64,000 nt of DNA from Octopus vulgaris (taxonomy: Eukaryota): positions 29,388,001 to 29,452,000 of the forward strand of contig OX597831.1 of the NCBI GenBank assembly GCA_951406725.2. The letters are read 5' to 3'. Shown piece after piece: positions 24,901-38,133 of the stretch. The translations under genes and the position numbers were made by a program. The notes under the pieces were generated by a model. That model saw nothing but the letters and a program-made list of their open reading frames with translations, ran no database searches and was not told where the DNA came from. Positions within the stretch are counted from its first letter, which is position 1. Each line of letters opens with the position of its first letter.

Positions 24901-25433
24901 AAAGATGTTGTTATCTAATTGATGGGCTATTAAAGGTTTAGTCCAATTTGAACTTTTAAACCCGAACCAAACGATAACAAAGATCTACCGCGAGCAGCTT
25001 GAGCAGCTTATGTCAGCGCTAGGAAAAAAGCGACCATCTTTGATTTCAAGACGAAAGGTGTTCTTCCATCAGGTTAATGCCCGGCCACATACAGCAAGGA
25101 TGACATTCCAAAGGCTGGAACAGTTTGAATGGGAAAGGGTGCTCCACTCACCATATTCGCCGCACAATGTTTCATCTACTTATCGTTTATTTCGTAGTCT
25201 TCAAAATGATTTGAACGGGAAAATATGAATTCTGTAGACGAGGTGAAAATAGTACTGGAGGAGTATTTTTTGTCACGGGAAAGTAAATTTTGGAAAGAGG
25301 GGCCTTGCAAGTCTAGCAGATAGATGGAAGAGCATTGTAGAAAATGAAGGAGTGTATATTTTAGATTAAAAACAGAACTTTATCCTAAGTCTGAAAAATA
25401 AAAAATACGCATTATTTATGGGATGAACCAAAA
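24901..25433 (+). mobile_element. Mariner transposon, 3' half with decayed transposase and right TIR
   Basis: KGLVQFELL..QTI...FFHQVNARPHTA...LHSPYSP...YRLFRSLQ...RWKSIVENEGVYILD* matches the mariner HDNARPH and YSPDL motifs; TIR-like CGCATTATTTATGGGATGAACCAAAA then TA. Confidence 0.9.
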
Positions 25434-25483
25434 TATATATGTATGTATGTATATATGTATGTGTGTGTGTGTATGTATATATG

Positions 25484-25517
<34 letters not shown>

Positions 25518-25711
25518 TGTATGTTTGTATGTGTGTATGTATGTATGTATATATATATAAATACATATATATATACATACATATATATATATATACACAT
25601 ATATATGTGTGTATATATATATAAATACATATATACATACATACATATATATATATGTATATATATACACATATATATATGTGTGTGTATATATATATAT
25701 GTGTGTGTGTG

Positions 25712-25754
<43 letters not shown>

Positions 25755-25962
25755 GTATATATATATGTGTATACACAAACATATATATAGCTATTTGCAT
25801 GTTTGTATTCCCCATCATGTTTGCATAACGGTAAATATGTCAGAAAAGTAACAAAGGTATTCATATTTATTCTCCACTCACCCCCCGGCCCATCCTCACA
25901 CACTTATGCAAATACAGTTACTGGCAGTATAGATCTATAAAAACCTTCAAGGTGTGTGTGTT

Positions 25963-26004
<42 letters not shown>

Positions 26005-26450
26005 GACCTTTTCATTCCCGTGTCTTATGAGCTCCATATGTAATACACAATACAAGATGGCGAAGAATTAATGTTTAAATATCCTCCGAGATAAGACAGG
26101 TCTAGGATGTATGTACGTAACTTTGTATGCATATTTATGTATACATATATGTGTGGGGGTGGAGTGGGGGTGGAGTGGGGGTGGGGGTGCGTGTGCGTAT
26201 ATATGTATATGTATGTATATATGTATATTAATGTATATTAATGTATATACATGTATATATGTGTATATATATATGTGTAACCATAGATATATATGTATGG
26301 GTGCATGTGTGTGTGTGTGTGTGTGTGTGTGTACATGCATGTAGTTGTGTATGTCTCTGTTTTGTCTTTCAATGTTAATTTATTTGAATTATTCCTACAG
26401 CGGGGTCTGGTTTTAATGAAGACACACGCACACGGCACTCACACACAAGT

Positions 26451-26507
<57 letters not shown>

Positions 26508-26539
26508 TACATACATACATACATACATACATGCATACA

Positions 26540-26882
26540 TAGGAGTAGCTGTGTGGTAAGTAGCTTGCTTACCAACCACATCGTTCCGGGTTCAGTCCTA
26601 CTGCGTGGCACCTTGGGCAAGTGTCTTCTACTATAACCTCGGGCCGACCAAAGCCTTGTGAGTGGATTTGGTAGACGGAAACTGAAATAAGCCCGTCGTA
26701 TATATATATATGTATATATAGGTATGTGTGTGTATATGTTTGTGTCTGTGTTTGTCCCCCTACCATCGCTTGACAACCGATGCTGGTGTGTTTACGTCAC
26801 CGTAACTTAGCGGTTCGGCAAAAGTGACCGATAGAATAAGTACTAGGCTTACAAAGAATAAGTCCTGGGGTCGATTTGTTCG
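26540..26882 (+). mobile_element. SINE family A lacking its own 3' tail, fused to a LINE fragment
   Basis: Intact head and body up to GGGGTCGATTTGTTCGA, then LINE coding sequence. Confidence 0.85.
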
Positions 26883-27556
26883 ATGTGCAGACGAATGGCC
26901 GGATGGATGCTGAGAATCTTCAGAACAATACTGGTTCTATGGAGGTCATTTGTACTCAGCCGCCTGGACTACTGCTCTCATCTGTAGTCACCAAAGAGTG
27001 TCAAATCAATAGCAGAACTTGAGACAGTTCAGCGGTGCGACACCAGAAAGATTGCATCAATAGAACAGCTGAGGTATTGGGAAAGACTGAAAGAGCTACT
27101 ACTCTACTCCTTGGCGCGAAGACGGGACAGATATGCTGTGATATATGTATGGAAAATCTTGGAGAGGTTGACACCAAACTCTGGTATCGAGAGCTATGCC
27201 AGCCCCGGAACTTGACGTTCAAAGGTTTCGGATAGCTATCTTGTCTTGAGCGAGGGCTACGTACTGCAACAGCTTGGGATTCAAGGCCCCATTACTAGTT
27301 AACGTCTTGCTTGAGGGATCTTCTAGGAATAGGATAGGTGTTTTCAAGAAACAACTTGACCTCCTGCTATACAAGATCCCAGATGAACCTACATCAAAGC
27401 AGCAAAACTCAAAAGAGGGCAGCAGTGTTGAGCTCCCGCCTTCACTAAAAACCAATCACATAAGATTGGCCATTGAAAAGGTGATTACAGTAGCTGTCCC
27501 CCGGCATGGCCAGAGCCTTAGGGCTGAAACGTACAAAAGAATAAAAGAGTAAAAGA
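26883..27556 (+). mobile_element. CR1-type LINE 3' fragment
   Basis: CRRMAGWMLRIF...VLSRLDYCSHL*SP...ELETVQR...YWERLKELLLYSLARRRDRY...FKKQLDLLLYKIPDEP; tail GCATGGCC...CTGAAAC..(TAAAAGA)n. Confidence 0.8.
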
Positions 27557-27566
27557 ATATATACAC

Positions 27567-27706
27567 AGCAGGAGTGGCTGTGTGGTAAGTAGCTTACTTA
27601 CCAACCACATGGTTCCGGGTTCAGTCCCACTGCGTGGTACCTTGGGCAAGTGTGTTCTGCTGTGAGTGGATTTGGTAGACGGAAACTGAAAGAAGCTCGT
27701 CGTATA

Positions 27707-27785
<79 letters not shown>

Positions 27786-27985
27786 TTGTTTGCCCCCCCC
27801 CCAACATGGATTGACAACCGATGCTGGTGTGTTTACATCACTGTAACTTAGCGATTCGGCAAAAAAGACCGATAGAATAAGTACTAGGCTTACAAAGAAT
27901 AAGCCCTGGGGTCGATTTGCTCGACTAAAAGGCGGTGCTCCAGCATGGCCGCAGTCAAATGACTGAAAGAAGTAAAAAGAGAAAA
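27567..27985 (+). mobile_element. SINE family A, near full length
   Basis: Head, internal (TA)n(TG)n and tail all present. Confidence 0.9.
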
Positions 27986-28679
27986 GGGCTTAAATTTAAA
28001 TAGCCAAAAACGGATGATCTTCAGAAATGCCTTGCATATTACTATTGTCCCATTTGCAAACCTGAAAACCCGGCATTTTGAGATTGACACTTAAACATTT
28101 ATAAACACATCCAAACACACACTAACAGTTATTCGCACAAATATGAATTTATTATTAGGTTAAGAGAATCTACAGTATTTGTAACAGTTATCCATAACAA
28201 TTCTCTTATTTCATGAATTTGGAAGTCATATTTACATACAACAGTCGAACGACTGACCTCTGTTGTGATACATAGTTTATATTCACTGTTCTAAATAACT
28301 CTACCGGACATGTTTTCTTGTTGTATGTGGCAGAGGTTTTGATGAAAATGTTCTGCAAATATGTCTTATGTAGAAGCATATGTCCTCCAAAATATGCTGG
28401 TGTCCATTTTCTTGTTACTTAACACAAATATTTTCTATATTTATACTATGTATATGTTGCAAACATGTCTTTCCTTCGAATGGTATTGTGTATTGTTTTA
28501 AGCAGTCACATCATGCTGCATTGTAAGCTTGTGTGTGTGTGTGGGGTGTGCTTGTGTGTGTACGTGTGTACGTCTGCGGAAATGTTTTCCTGCACGTATC
28601 ATTACACTTACGAAAATAAATGAATGCAAGAATGTTCTGGCGTATGAGAATGCATATATTAATAGGTACACCACTTTTA

Positions 28680-29120
28680 TACATACATAAATGCATACAT
28701 ACATACATACATACATACATACATACAGGCATGCATAGATACATACATACATACATACATACATACAGGCATGCATAGATATATACATACATACGTACGT
28801 ACATACATACATACATACATACATACAGGCATGCATAGATACATACATACATACATACATACGTACATACATACAGGCATGCATAGATACATACATACAT
28901 ACATACATACAGGCATGCATAGATACATACATACATACATACATACAGGCATGCATAGATATATACATACATACGTACGTACATACATACATACATACAT
29001 ACATACATACAGGCATGCATAGATACATACATACATACATACATACATACGTACATACACACACACATACATACATACATACATACATACATACATACAT
29101 ACATACATACATACATGCAT
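28680..29120. repeat. (ACAT)n-based minisatellite with seven ACAGGCATGCATAGAT units
   Basis: Units counted at about 28725, 28765, 28825, 28873, 28909, 28945 and 29009. Confidence 0.9.
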
Positions 29121-29309
29121 ACATGCGTAGATACATATACATATACACACAGACACACACACACGCACTCACACTTATATATATAGGTTTACGTATATGT
29201 GTTTATACACACACATCTGAGAGACAGAGAACTATACATTATACATATACATGCCTATATACATACATGCATATATATGTTAGTATAAATTCTTATATAC
29301 ATACATACA

Positions 29310-29411
<102 letters not shown>

Positions 29412-29819
29412 TGTATATATTAGTGTGTATTATGCTTAATGTTGAGAATTCTAACGTGATGTCATCGTCTTCTTTATTTAGTTCTTTTGTCATAGAGAAT
29501 ACACAATCAAACTCACTACAAATAATAGGCTTTACAAATATAGATAATCTTTTCAGTTACCCCCACGGTCTCCGACATTTGCAACATAGCTTTATCTATA
29601 TAGCCAGAGACTAGCTTACTTCTTCTAGGTAAGAATTTATCTCTTTATAGTTAAGTAGTGATTCTCGGTGCAATGAATTATGACTTTCTCAATTCAGGAA
29701 AAAAGAGAATCTTTGTGGTCGAGGTCAAAACCTGTGAAGAAATTCATATTTATACCGGTGATTATTGTTTTACTTGGTTATGCAACTACACAGACGTGTA
29801 TACTGGATTACATCCTCAG

Positions 29820-30195
29820 ATGGCCATCCAATTGATTGGCAAAGACTCGCTCAGTAAATCACTGCAATCTCTGCTTTATAGTGTAACCATATCCTCTCGA
29901 CCCAGTTACCTTTACTACATCAGACTCTACTCGTTAAAACTAAAGGCTGCCAACACATTAAAGCCTCTTCTACACAGATTTACCATCCCTTTATCTTATC
30001 TCTGTTGCCATTACAGCAGATTTTACTCCTAAAATGTGTCTACTTACGGAGCACTTTTATCTAAGACCGCTTAGCAATATCGTCATACTCCTTCTTTTCA
30101 CCCATATTGTGCTTCTTTCTCGGAGCTATATATGACCCCCATAGCGAACTATTTCTCAGCGCAACGACGGCCATCACAGTGGAAATCATATTTTA
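29820..30195 (+). mobile_element. Possible highly decayed CR1/L2-group LINE 3' remnant
   Basis: AIQLIGKDSLSKSLQSL and FHPYCAS segments resemble C-terminal motifs of this group; weak. Confidence 0.3.
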
Positions 30196-30464
30196 CGTGT
30201 TTCTGTTGTTCACTCACAAATATTCTCGTTGAATGTCAACCGTATCAATGTCGGCGGACCACCAAGAGGAAAACTGCTCTTTCTTCTTGACTAAGACATA
30301 TGGTGTACATAAATGTCTCTCATCTGAATATTTGTATCTGTGTGGAACTCAGAGTAGTGACAAAGCACCAGGAAATTACATGCATACATATGAAGTACAT
30401 CGATACATTCATTCATACACACACCCATTCATAAATAAGAGGCTGAATATCGTTGTTTGGGACA

Positions 30465-30815
30465 CAGTTGCCCGGCTGATGTGAATATGTCTTCGAAAAT
30501 CAAAGAGATAAAGGATTATTGTGGACAGCTGCTTCGAAACCTTCGGCTTGTATTATACCCATTTCAGCCAGTTATAATCGGAGTACTTGGTTTTGTTAGT
30601 AAATCCCTAAGTGATAATCTTGAAAAACGGGGGTCTTCAGAAAAATAAAAAGTAGTTAACACGAACATTGCAATTACATTGTGTAAGCAGAACAGTAAAA
30701 ATGTGCAAGACATTTTTCGGGTTCAAATTATGAATTAGATCTTTTGTCATTTACATTATAACGATAGGAATTTCAATCTGTTGGAAACCAGCTCCTCCAT
30801 CACGGGAAGATTTCA
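30465..30815 (+). mobile_element. R4/Dong-type LINE 3' end (restriction-like endonuclease remnant)
   Basis: SCPADVNMSSKIKE..DYCGQLLRNL...FQPVIIGVLG...TVKMCKTF. Confidence 0.7.
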
Positions 30816-30845
30816 GGTTAGTAAAAACAAAAGAGATCAAACATA

Positions 30846-31050
30846 TACTCCTTTACTCTTTTACTTGTTTCAGTCATTTGACTGTAGCCATGCTGGAGCA
30901 GCGCCTTTAGTCGAGCAACTCGACCCCAGGACTTATTCTTTGGAAGCCTAGTACTTATTATATCGGTCTCTTTTGCCGAACCGCTACTTTTACGGGGACG
31001 TAAACACAACACCATCGGTTGTCAAGCGATGTTGGGGGAACAAATACAGA

Positions 31051-31128
<78 letters not shown>

Positions 31129-31288
31129 CATATATTCGAGGGGCTTCTTTCAGTTTCCGTCTACCAAATCCACCCACAAGGCTTTGGTCGGCCCTAGGCT
31201 ATAGTAGAAGACACTTGCCCAAGATGCCACGCAGTGGGAACGAATCCGGAACCATGAGGCTGGTTAGCAAGCTACTTACCACACAGCC
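30846..31288 (-). mobile_element. SINE family A, full length
   Basis: Reverse complement of the family A consensus seen in this window. Confidence 0.9.
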
Positions 31289-31637
31289 ATACATAATTAA
31301 ATTTCGAAATAAAAACAACTCTAATAATGTGTCTGAAAATATGTAGATATTCTACATATGGTAGCAGCGAGATTTGACTGGCATGTCGTGTCTGGACGCT
31401 TCCCGCTGATTTCCTGGAGAATTAAATCACGGGATATGAGAGTTCCTGGCGCCCAAAGAGACGATTCTCGCCGCTACGGTCTTGTGTGAGCTTTTATGCA
31501 CTGTGCGTCAATATGAGAGGATCTCTCAAATCTAATAACACAGTATTAAGTGTTTTAATGAAGACATCCATGTTAATTTGGATATAAAGATTACTTTTTG
31601 TTATCAATACTTATTTCGTCGCTAATAATTAAACATA

Positions 31638-31897
31638 AAAATAAAATAAATGCGCCCTTTTATAAAGCCTAGTCAGGCTTATGGGCCCGGTTTCCCGGTT
31701 TCATTGGCGTATGTGTTTCGCAGCTTGACGGGACGCCAGTCCATCGCAGCGTTACTCATTTTTGCCAGCTGAGTGGACCGGAGCAACGTGAAATGAAGTG
31801 TTTTGCTCAAGAACACAACGCGTCGCCCGGTCCAGGAATCGAAACCACAATCTTACGATCATGATGCTGACACCCTGACCACTAAGCCACGCGCCTC
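31638..31897 (-). mobile_element. SINE family C, full length
   Basis: tRNA-like head, TTGTGTTCTTGAGCAAAACACTT core, V-like module; 14-bp TSD AATAATTAAACATA at 31624-31637 and 31898-31911. Confidence 0.85.
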
Positions 31898-32018
31898 AAT
31901 AATTAAACATACAATCAAACATACATACATACATACATACATACATGCATACATACATACATACATATGCATACATACATACATTCATTCATGAGCATGT
32001 CTAGCATGTCTACGCAAC

Positions 32019-32050
<32 letters not shown>

Positions 32051-32363
32051 TGTATGTATGTATGTATGTATGTATGTATGCATGAGAAAACATACATAAA
32101 AAGCATATAAATCTGCACACATACATACATACATACATACATACATACATACATACATACATACATACATACATACATACATACATACATACAAACATCT
32201 CGTCTTACATTTCAACCAACTATAATTTATTATTAAAATGATCATTATATATTTTATAATTATGTTTCAAATTTGTAAGCGCTGGTTGCCATAGGGTAAT
32301 TTGATAGGATGTCATGTGATTGTAATGTCTATTTGCATATTTGTTAAAACCGTCCTCTGACAG

Positions 32364-32598
32364 TTAACTCTTCAAACGCGATAAACGGATATATCCGCAG
32401 AACATTCCATTACTTTCAACTGTGAAAAGCGGTTTTACCCCCAATGGCTTTGAAAAAAAGCGGAAACACACCCCCAATGACACTTTTTACAAAAAGACAT
32501 TTTTTTCATGTTTTCTTAATTTTCCTCATATTTCAACAAATAACTTTTTTATAGTACATGAACTTGTAACGCTGAATATGAAAACCGTTCGTACGGGA

Positions 32599-32649
<51 letters not shown>

Positions 32650-32745
32650 AACATATTACAGACGCAGTAAATATCAATTCTAATTTGTGGTAGATAATTG
32701 ACGTAATTACGGGAACGACCATGAAACTTAATTACGCGGTTAAAG
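32364..32745 (+). mobile_element. piggyBac-like non-autonomous element fragment
   Basis: Collinear with 56422-56775 (GGATATATCCGC, AAAGCGGTTTTAC, TGACACTTTTTA, AATATCAATTCTA, ACCATGAAA); starts TTAA-CTCTT. Confidence 0.5.
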
Positions 32746-33407
32746 TATTAATAGATAATGTTTTTTAAATATAACTTTGTACTTTTATCGAAAAATTACA
32801 GCTGAGGGGAAAACATTTTCTGCGTGTGTATGCAATAATATAGAAAGGCCATTTTAACAGTACATTGTTATTTTAAAGATCTTTTGATCATGGTCAGGCT
32901 TGTCAGGGTTCCGTTTGCGAAATATCTCAATGTGTCAAACAAATAACGACGCACATATAGACAAGCTGAAAACTAATTCGGTTTCTTTTACTTGTTTCAG
33001 TCACTGGATTGCGGCCATGCTGGGGCGCCACTGTGGATGGTTTTAATTAAACGAATCCACCCCAGTATTTATTTTTTTAAAGTTAAGTACTTATTCTATC
33101 GGTCTCTTTTTTCGGGAACGTGAACAAACTAGTTCCGGTTGTCAAGCAGTGGGCACAGTAACTTCAACATTTCAGACTGTTTACCTTCATCAAACATTCC
33201 GATGAAAGCTAACAGGTCGAAACTTCGAAGTCACTGTCGCCACATTTCTTGTGTATATATATATACATTTCTTGTGTATATATATAAACACAAACACATG
33301 TATACTTATATACACACATATGTACATATGTATATATATGTATATATACATATGTATATATACACGCATACACACATGCATACATATATATATATATACA
33401 CACACAG

Positions 33408-33438
<31 letters not shown>

Positions 33439-33479
33439 TACATATACACACACATATACATATGTATTTATACGTCCCC

Positions 33480-33700
33480 AAATCCACTTTCTACTTCTGA
33501 CCACGTCAGCAATGTAACAACACGTGTGCCACTGACGAGTAGTTCTCCATCTCTGGACTTTCCCCTTTCTCTTCTCCGACGAAGAGCTATGCTCGAAACC
33601 TCAGACTCCTTTCATCGAACTGATACATGAAGCTGATACATTTCTTGTGCACGTCCTTACGTTTCTGGGGTGGGGGGTTCGCATTTTTTCTCCCATTTGA
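33480..33700 (+). mobile_element. Small Penelope-tail-like element with hammerhead-like motif
   Basis: CCGACGA-A-GAGC-TAT-GCTC-GAAAC at 33576-33599; same layout as 16150 and 39359. Confidence 0.5.
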
Positions 33701-33885
33701 ATTGACTATTTACTGCACGCTCACACGGACCGTCCACATTCTTCCGACTGATGTAGAGTGCCGGATTCATGGATTTCTTATTCTACCCTTGGATTACGAT
33801 ACCTTTTAATTCATTCGGAGTACATCGTTTCTGCAATTTTGATTTTATACACACACACACACACACACACTCACAAATATATATA

Positions 33886-34260
33886 TACTCTTTACTCTCT
33901 CTCTTTTACTTGTTTCAGTCATTTGACTGCGGCCATGCTGGAGCACCACCTTTTAGTACTTATTCTATCGGTCTCTTTTTGCCGAACCGCTAAGTGACGG
34001 GGACCTAAACACACCAGCATCGGTTGTCAAGCAATGCTAGGGGGACAAACACAGACACACAAACACACACACATATACATATATATACATATATACGACA
34101 GGCTTCTTTCAGTTTCCGTCTACCAAATCCACTCACAAGGCATTGGTCGGCCCGGGGCTATAGCAGAAGACACTTGCCCAAGATGCCACGCAGTGGGACT
34201 GAACCCGCAACCGTGTGGTTGGTTAGCAAGCTACTTACCACACAGCCACTCCTGCGCCTA
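33886..34260 (-). mobile_element. SINE family A (first of three adjacent copies)
   Basis: Head to tail, with an internal deletion near the 3' end. Confidence 0.9.
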
Positions 34261-34272
34261 TATATATATATT

Positions 34273-34658
34273 TTTTACTCTTTTACTTGTTTCAGTCATT
34301 TGACTGCGGCCATGCTGGAGCACCGCCTTTAGTCGAGCAAATCGACCCCGGGACTTATTCTATCGGTCTCTTTTTTGCCGAACCGCTAAGTAACGGGGAC
34401 ATAAACACACCAGCATCGGTTGTCAAGTGATGTTGACGGGGACAAACACAGACACACAAACATACACACACACATATATATATCTATATACATATATACG
34501 ACGGGCTTCTTTCAGTTTCCGTCTACCAAATCCACTCAAAAGGCTTTGGTCGGCCCGAGGCTATAGTAGAAGACACTTGCCCAAGATGCCACGCAGTGGA
34601 CTGAACCCGGAACCATGTGGTTGGTAAACAAGCTACTTACCACGCAGCCACTCCTGCG

Positions 34659-34661
<3 letters not shown>
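34273..34661 (-). mobile_element. SINE family A (second of three)
   Basis: Head to tail, with a short deletion between the two CTTATTCT motifs. Confidence 0.9.
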
Positions 34662-34733
<72 letters not shown>

Positions 34734-34837
34734 TTATTTATACACATGCCTATGTGTGCGTGTGGATATGTATGTGTGAAATCATATAAGGTGCATTTAC
34801 ACTATTACCAATATTTATACCAGCACTACCATCTCCC

Positions 34838-35223
34838 TTACTCTTCTACTTGTTTCAGTCATTTGACTGCGGCCGTGCTGGAGCACCGCCTTTAGTCGAG
34901 CAAATCGACCCTAGAGCTTATTCTTTGTAAGCCTAGTACTTATTCTACCGGTCTCTTTTTGCCGAACTGCTAAGTTACGAGGACGTAAACACACCACCAC
35001 AAGTTGTCAAGCGATGTTGGGAGGATAAACACAAATACACAAACATATACACATATATACGACGGGCTTCTTTCAGTTTCCGTCTATCAAATCCCCTCAC
35101 AAGGCGTTGGTCGGCCCGAGGCTATTGTAGAAGACACTTGCCCAAGGTGCCACGCAGTAGGAATGAATCCGGAACCATGTGGTTGGTAAGCAAGCTACTT
35201 ACCACACAGCCACTCCTGCGCCT
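34838..35223 (-). mobile_element. SINE family A (third of three)
   Basis: Full length. Confidence 0.9.
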
Positions 35224-35294
35224 AGCTACCTACAACACAGCCATCTAACACTGCAACCACCCCAACCCATCACCATTAAGTCCACGTTCACTTC

Positions 35295-35530
35295 TACCAC
35301 CACCACCACCACCACCACCACCACCACCGCCGCCGCAACCACCACCACCACAACAACCACCACCACAACAACCACCACCACCGCAACCACCACCGCTACC
35401 ACCACCACCACCAACACCACTACCAACACCACCACCACCACCACCACTATCACCACCACCACCAATACCACCACCACCACCACCACCACAACCGCCACCG
35501 TAACCACCACCACCACCACCACCGCCACCA
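35295..35530. repeat. (ACC)n trinucleotide repeat
   Basis: Direct inspection; source of the poly-T/G/V ORFs. Confidence 0.95.
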
Positions 35531-36163
35531 TTAGCAACACTCAATCTTCATGACATCTTCTTCACACCCAACCCCTCCAATTCCCTTCTGAACTGGTCCC
35601 TAACATACCAGACATATCTAAGGATCCTGTTGCAACGCCCCTATACAAAAGTAGAGACGGTAGGGGTTTGTCTGAATGACAGTCCAGCCCTTCATGCTAT
35701 ATTATTAATCTGCAGACTTCTGCTCAGGTTTCAATAACCGCAGCCATTGATAAACACCGCTTTTCTATTTAGTTCACATATCATAATCTCTACCGCCTCC
35801 CAGCACTCCTCTTCCCTCTGCTTCTCTACCTGTCTGTCTGTCTGTCTGTCTGCCTGCCTGTCTGTTTGCATCGCTCTCTCTCTTCCTCTCTTTCTCAATC
35901 TCTCCTCTCTCCCTCTCTGTCTCTTTCTTTCTCTCTTTCTATCTCACTTTTCCTCTCTATCACTCTCTCTCCATCTCTATCTCTCTTCCTCTCCCTCTCT
36001 CTCTCATCTCTCTCTCTGTCTGTCTCTCTCTCCTTTGACATCGCTGTCTGTGTGTCGGGTTTCAGATTATTGTTGTTGTTGCTGTTTAAGTATGCGTGTA
36101 TGTATCCACCTTTTTATATGCATATACAATTATGAATATATGCATACACATACACACACATGC

Positions 36164-36218
<55 letters not shown>

Positions 36219-36504
36219 TGTGTGTGTGTATATGTGTGTGTGTACATATATTACCTGTAAGGATGTACACATATATACATACATAAATACATATATTCAT
36301 ATACCAGTATTTATATACATATACATATACATACATAGATACACAGATACACACATATATACATATACATATATATATAAGTATATACACATATACACTC
36401 ACACATGTACTCATGTATGTATATTATGTGGTTGTGTTTATATATATACGTATGTATGTACGTATGTATGTATGTATGTATGTATGTATGTATGTATGTA
36501 TGTA

Positions 36505-36577
<73 letters not shown>

Positions 36578-36896
36578 TAAAATGAATGAATTATGGCGAG
36601 TAAGTAGACAGACAGGTAGACATACATTGTGACTGCTATCTCTAACATATCTCTACTAATCCCCATCCCGGCAATAAACCATCACAATTACCGCCACCAC
36701 CACCACCACCTGTACCACCTGCGCCACCACCACCACCACCACTACAACCACCACCATCACCAACACCACCACAATCACCAACTACCTGCTTTTTATTTAT
36801 AAGTCAATACCACGTCCTACTGTGTTAGCAGTGCTTTTAACATTATTTCGTTAAGGTTATTTCTACAGAAATTCTATTCAAATTTTAGCCAGCACT

Positions 36897-37182
36897 ACTA
36901 TATCCTCGGGCCGACCAAAGCCTTGTGAGTGGATTCGGTAAATATATATGTATGTGTGTGTGTATGTGTTTGTGTGTCTGTAATTGTCCCCACAACATCG
37001 CTTGACAACCGATGCTGGTGTGTTTACGTCCCCCGTAACGTAACTTAGCGGTTTGGCAAAGGAGATCGACAGAATAAGTACTAGGTTTGCAAAGAATAAG
37101 TCCTGGGGCCGATTTGCTCGACAAAAAGGCAGTGCTCCAGCATGGCCGCAGTCAAATGACTGAAACGAGTAAAAGAGTAAAA
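36897..37182 (+). mobile_element. SINE family A, 5'-truncated
   Basis: Body and tail match the family. Confidence 0.85.
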
Positions 37183-37790
37183 GGGCATTGATTTTTTTAC
37201 TACACCGTTTCGTATCAAGACCTCAGGTGTTAAGAAACAATGAGATCGAAGACAAAAATGGCTAATGGTTGTATCTGCCATATTTCGGGTGGTTTTACCC
37301 TTTCATCCATCAGCACCCATCTAACTCATTGGGAAACAAGCTTCTTACCACGTAGCAATGTTGTGTGGTAACTCTTGAATCATAGGCCTCATGGATCAGA
37401 GTCAACCTAGGGTTAAATAAAAGCAAATAGCATTAGGCTACCATCCTTGTACCACCGTCATCTATAGTTCCACCACCGTTCCCCCACCACCGCCACCACC
37501 AACACCGAGACCATCACCACCATCACCACCCCCCACCGTTGTAGTACGGTAGGTGGCTGTGAGTCTACATCTTGTTTCAATCAAACTGCTTTTACAGGGT
37601 GACTTTTCTGTCACTTACTGTTTATAGTACCCCAGGGTGGGCATGTTATTGTTGTTGCTGTTTTATTAACAAATACACACGCACACATACACGCATACAC
37701 ACATACATACATACACACACATACATACATACATACATAGATACATACATACATACATACATACATACATACATACATACATACATACAT

Positions 37791-37824
<34 letters not shown>

Positions 37825-37965
37825 GTTTATATATTTCTTAGTCAGATAATCTACACGAAGATACAGAGCGACAAATATATACATTCATATCTTAATAGTG
37901 TCTGTGTTTATGTGTATATATATGTATGTATATATGTATATATATACATATGCATATAAATATGT

Positions 37966-38033
<68 letters not shown>

Positions 38034-38060
38034 GTACATATATGTATAGTAAATATATAT

Positions 38061-38133
<73 letters not shown>

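Noticed and set aside
28680-29120. Regularly spaced 16-bp repeats suggesting a CRISPR-like array
   Set aside because: Spacers are (ACAT)n rather than unique sequence; eukaryotic context; no cas genes
35179-35553. Mucin-like poly-Thr ORF
   Set aside because: (ACC)n repeat preceded by an antisense SINE head; no signal peptide or splice evidence
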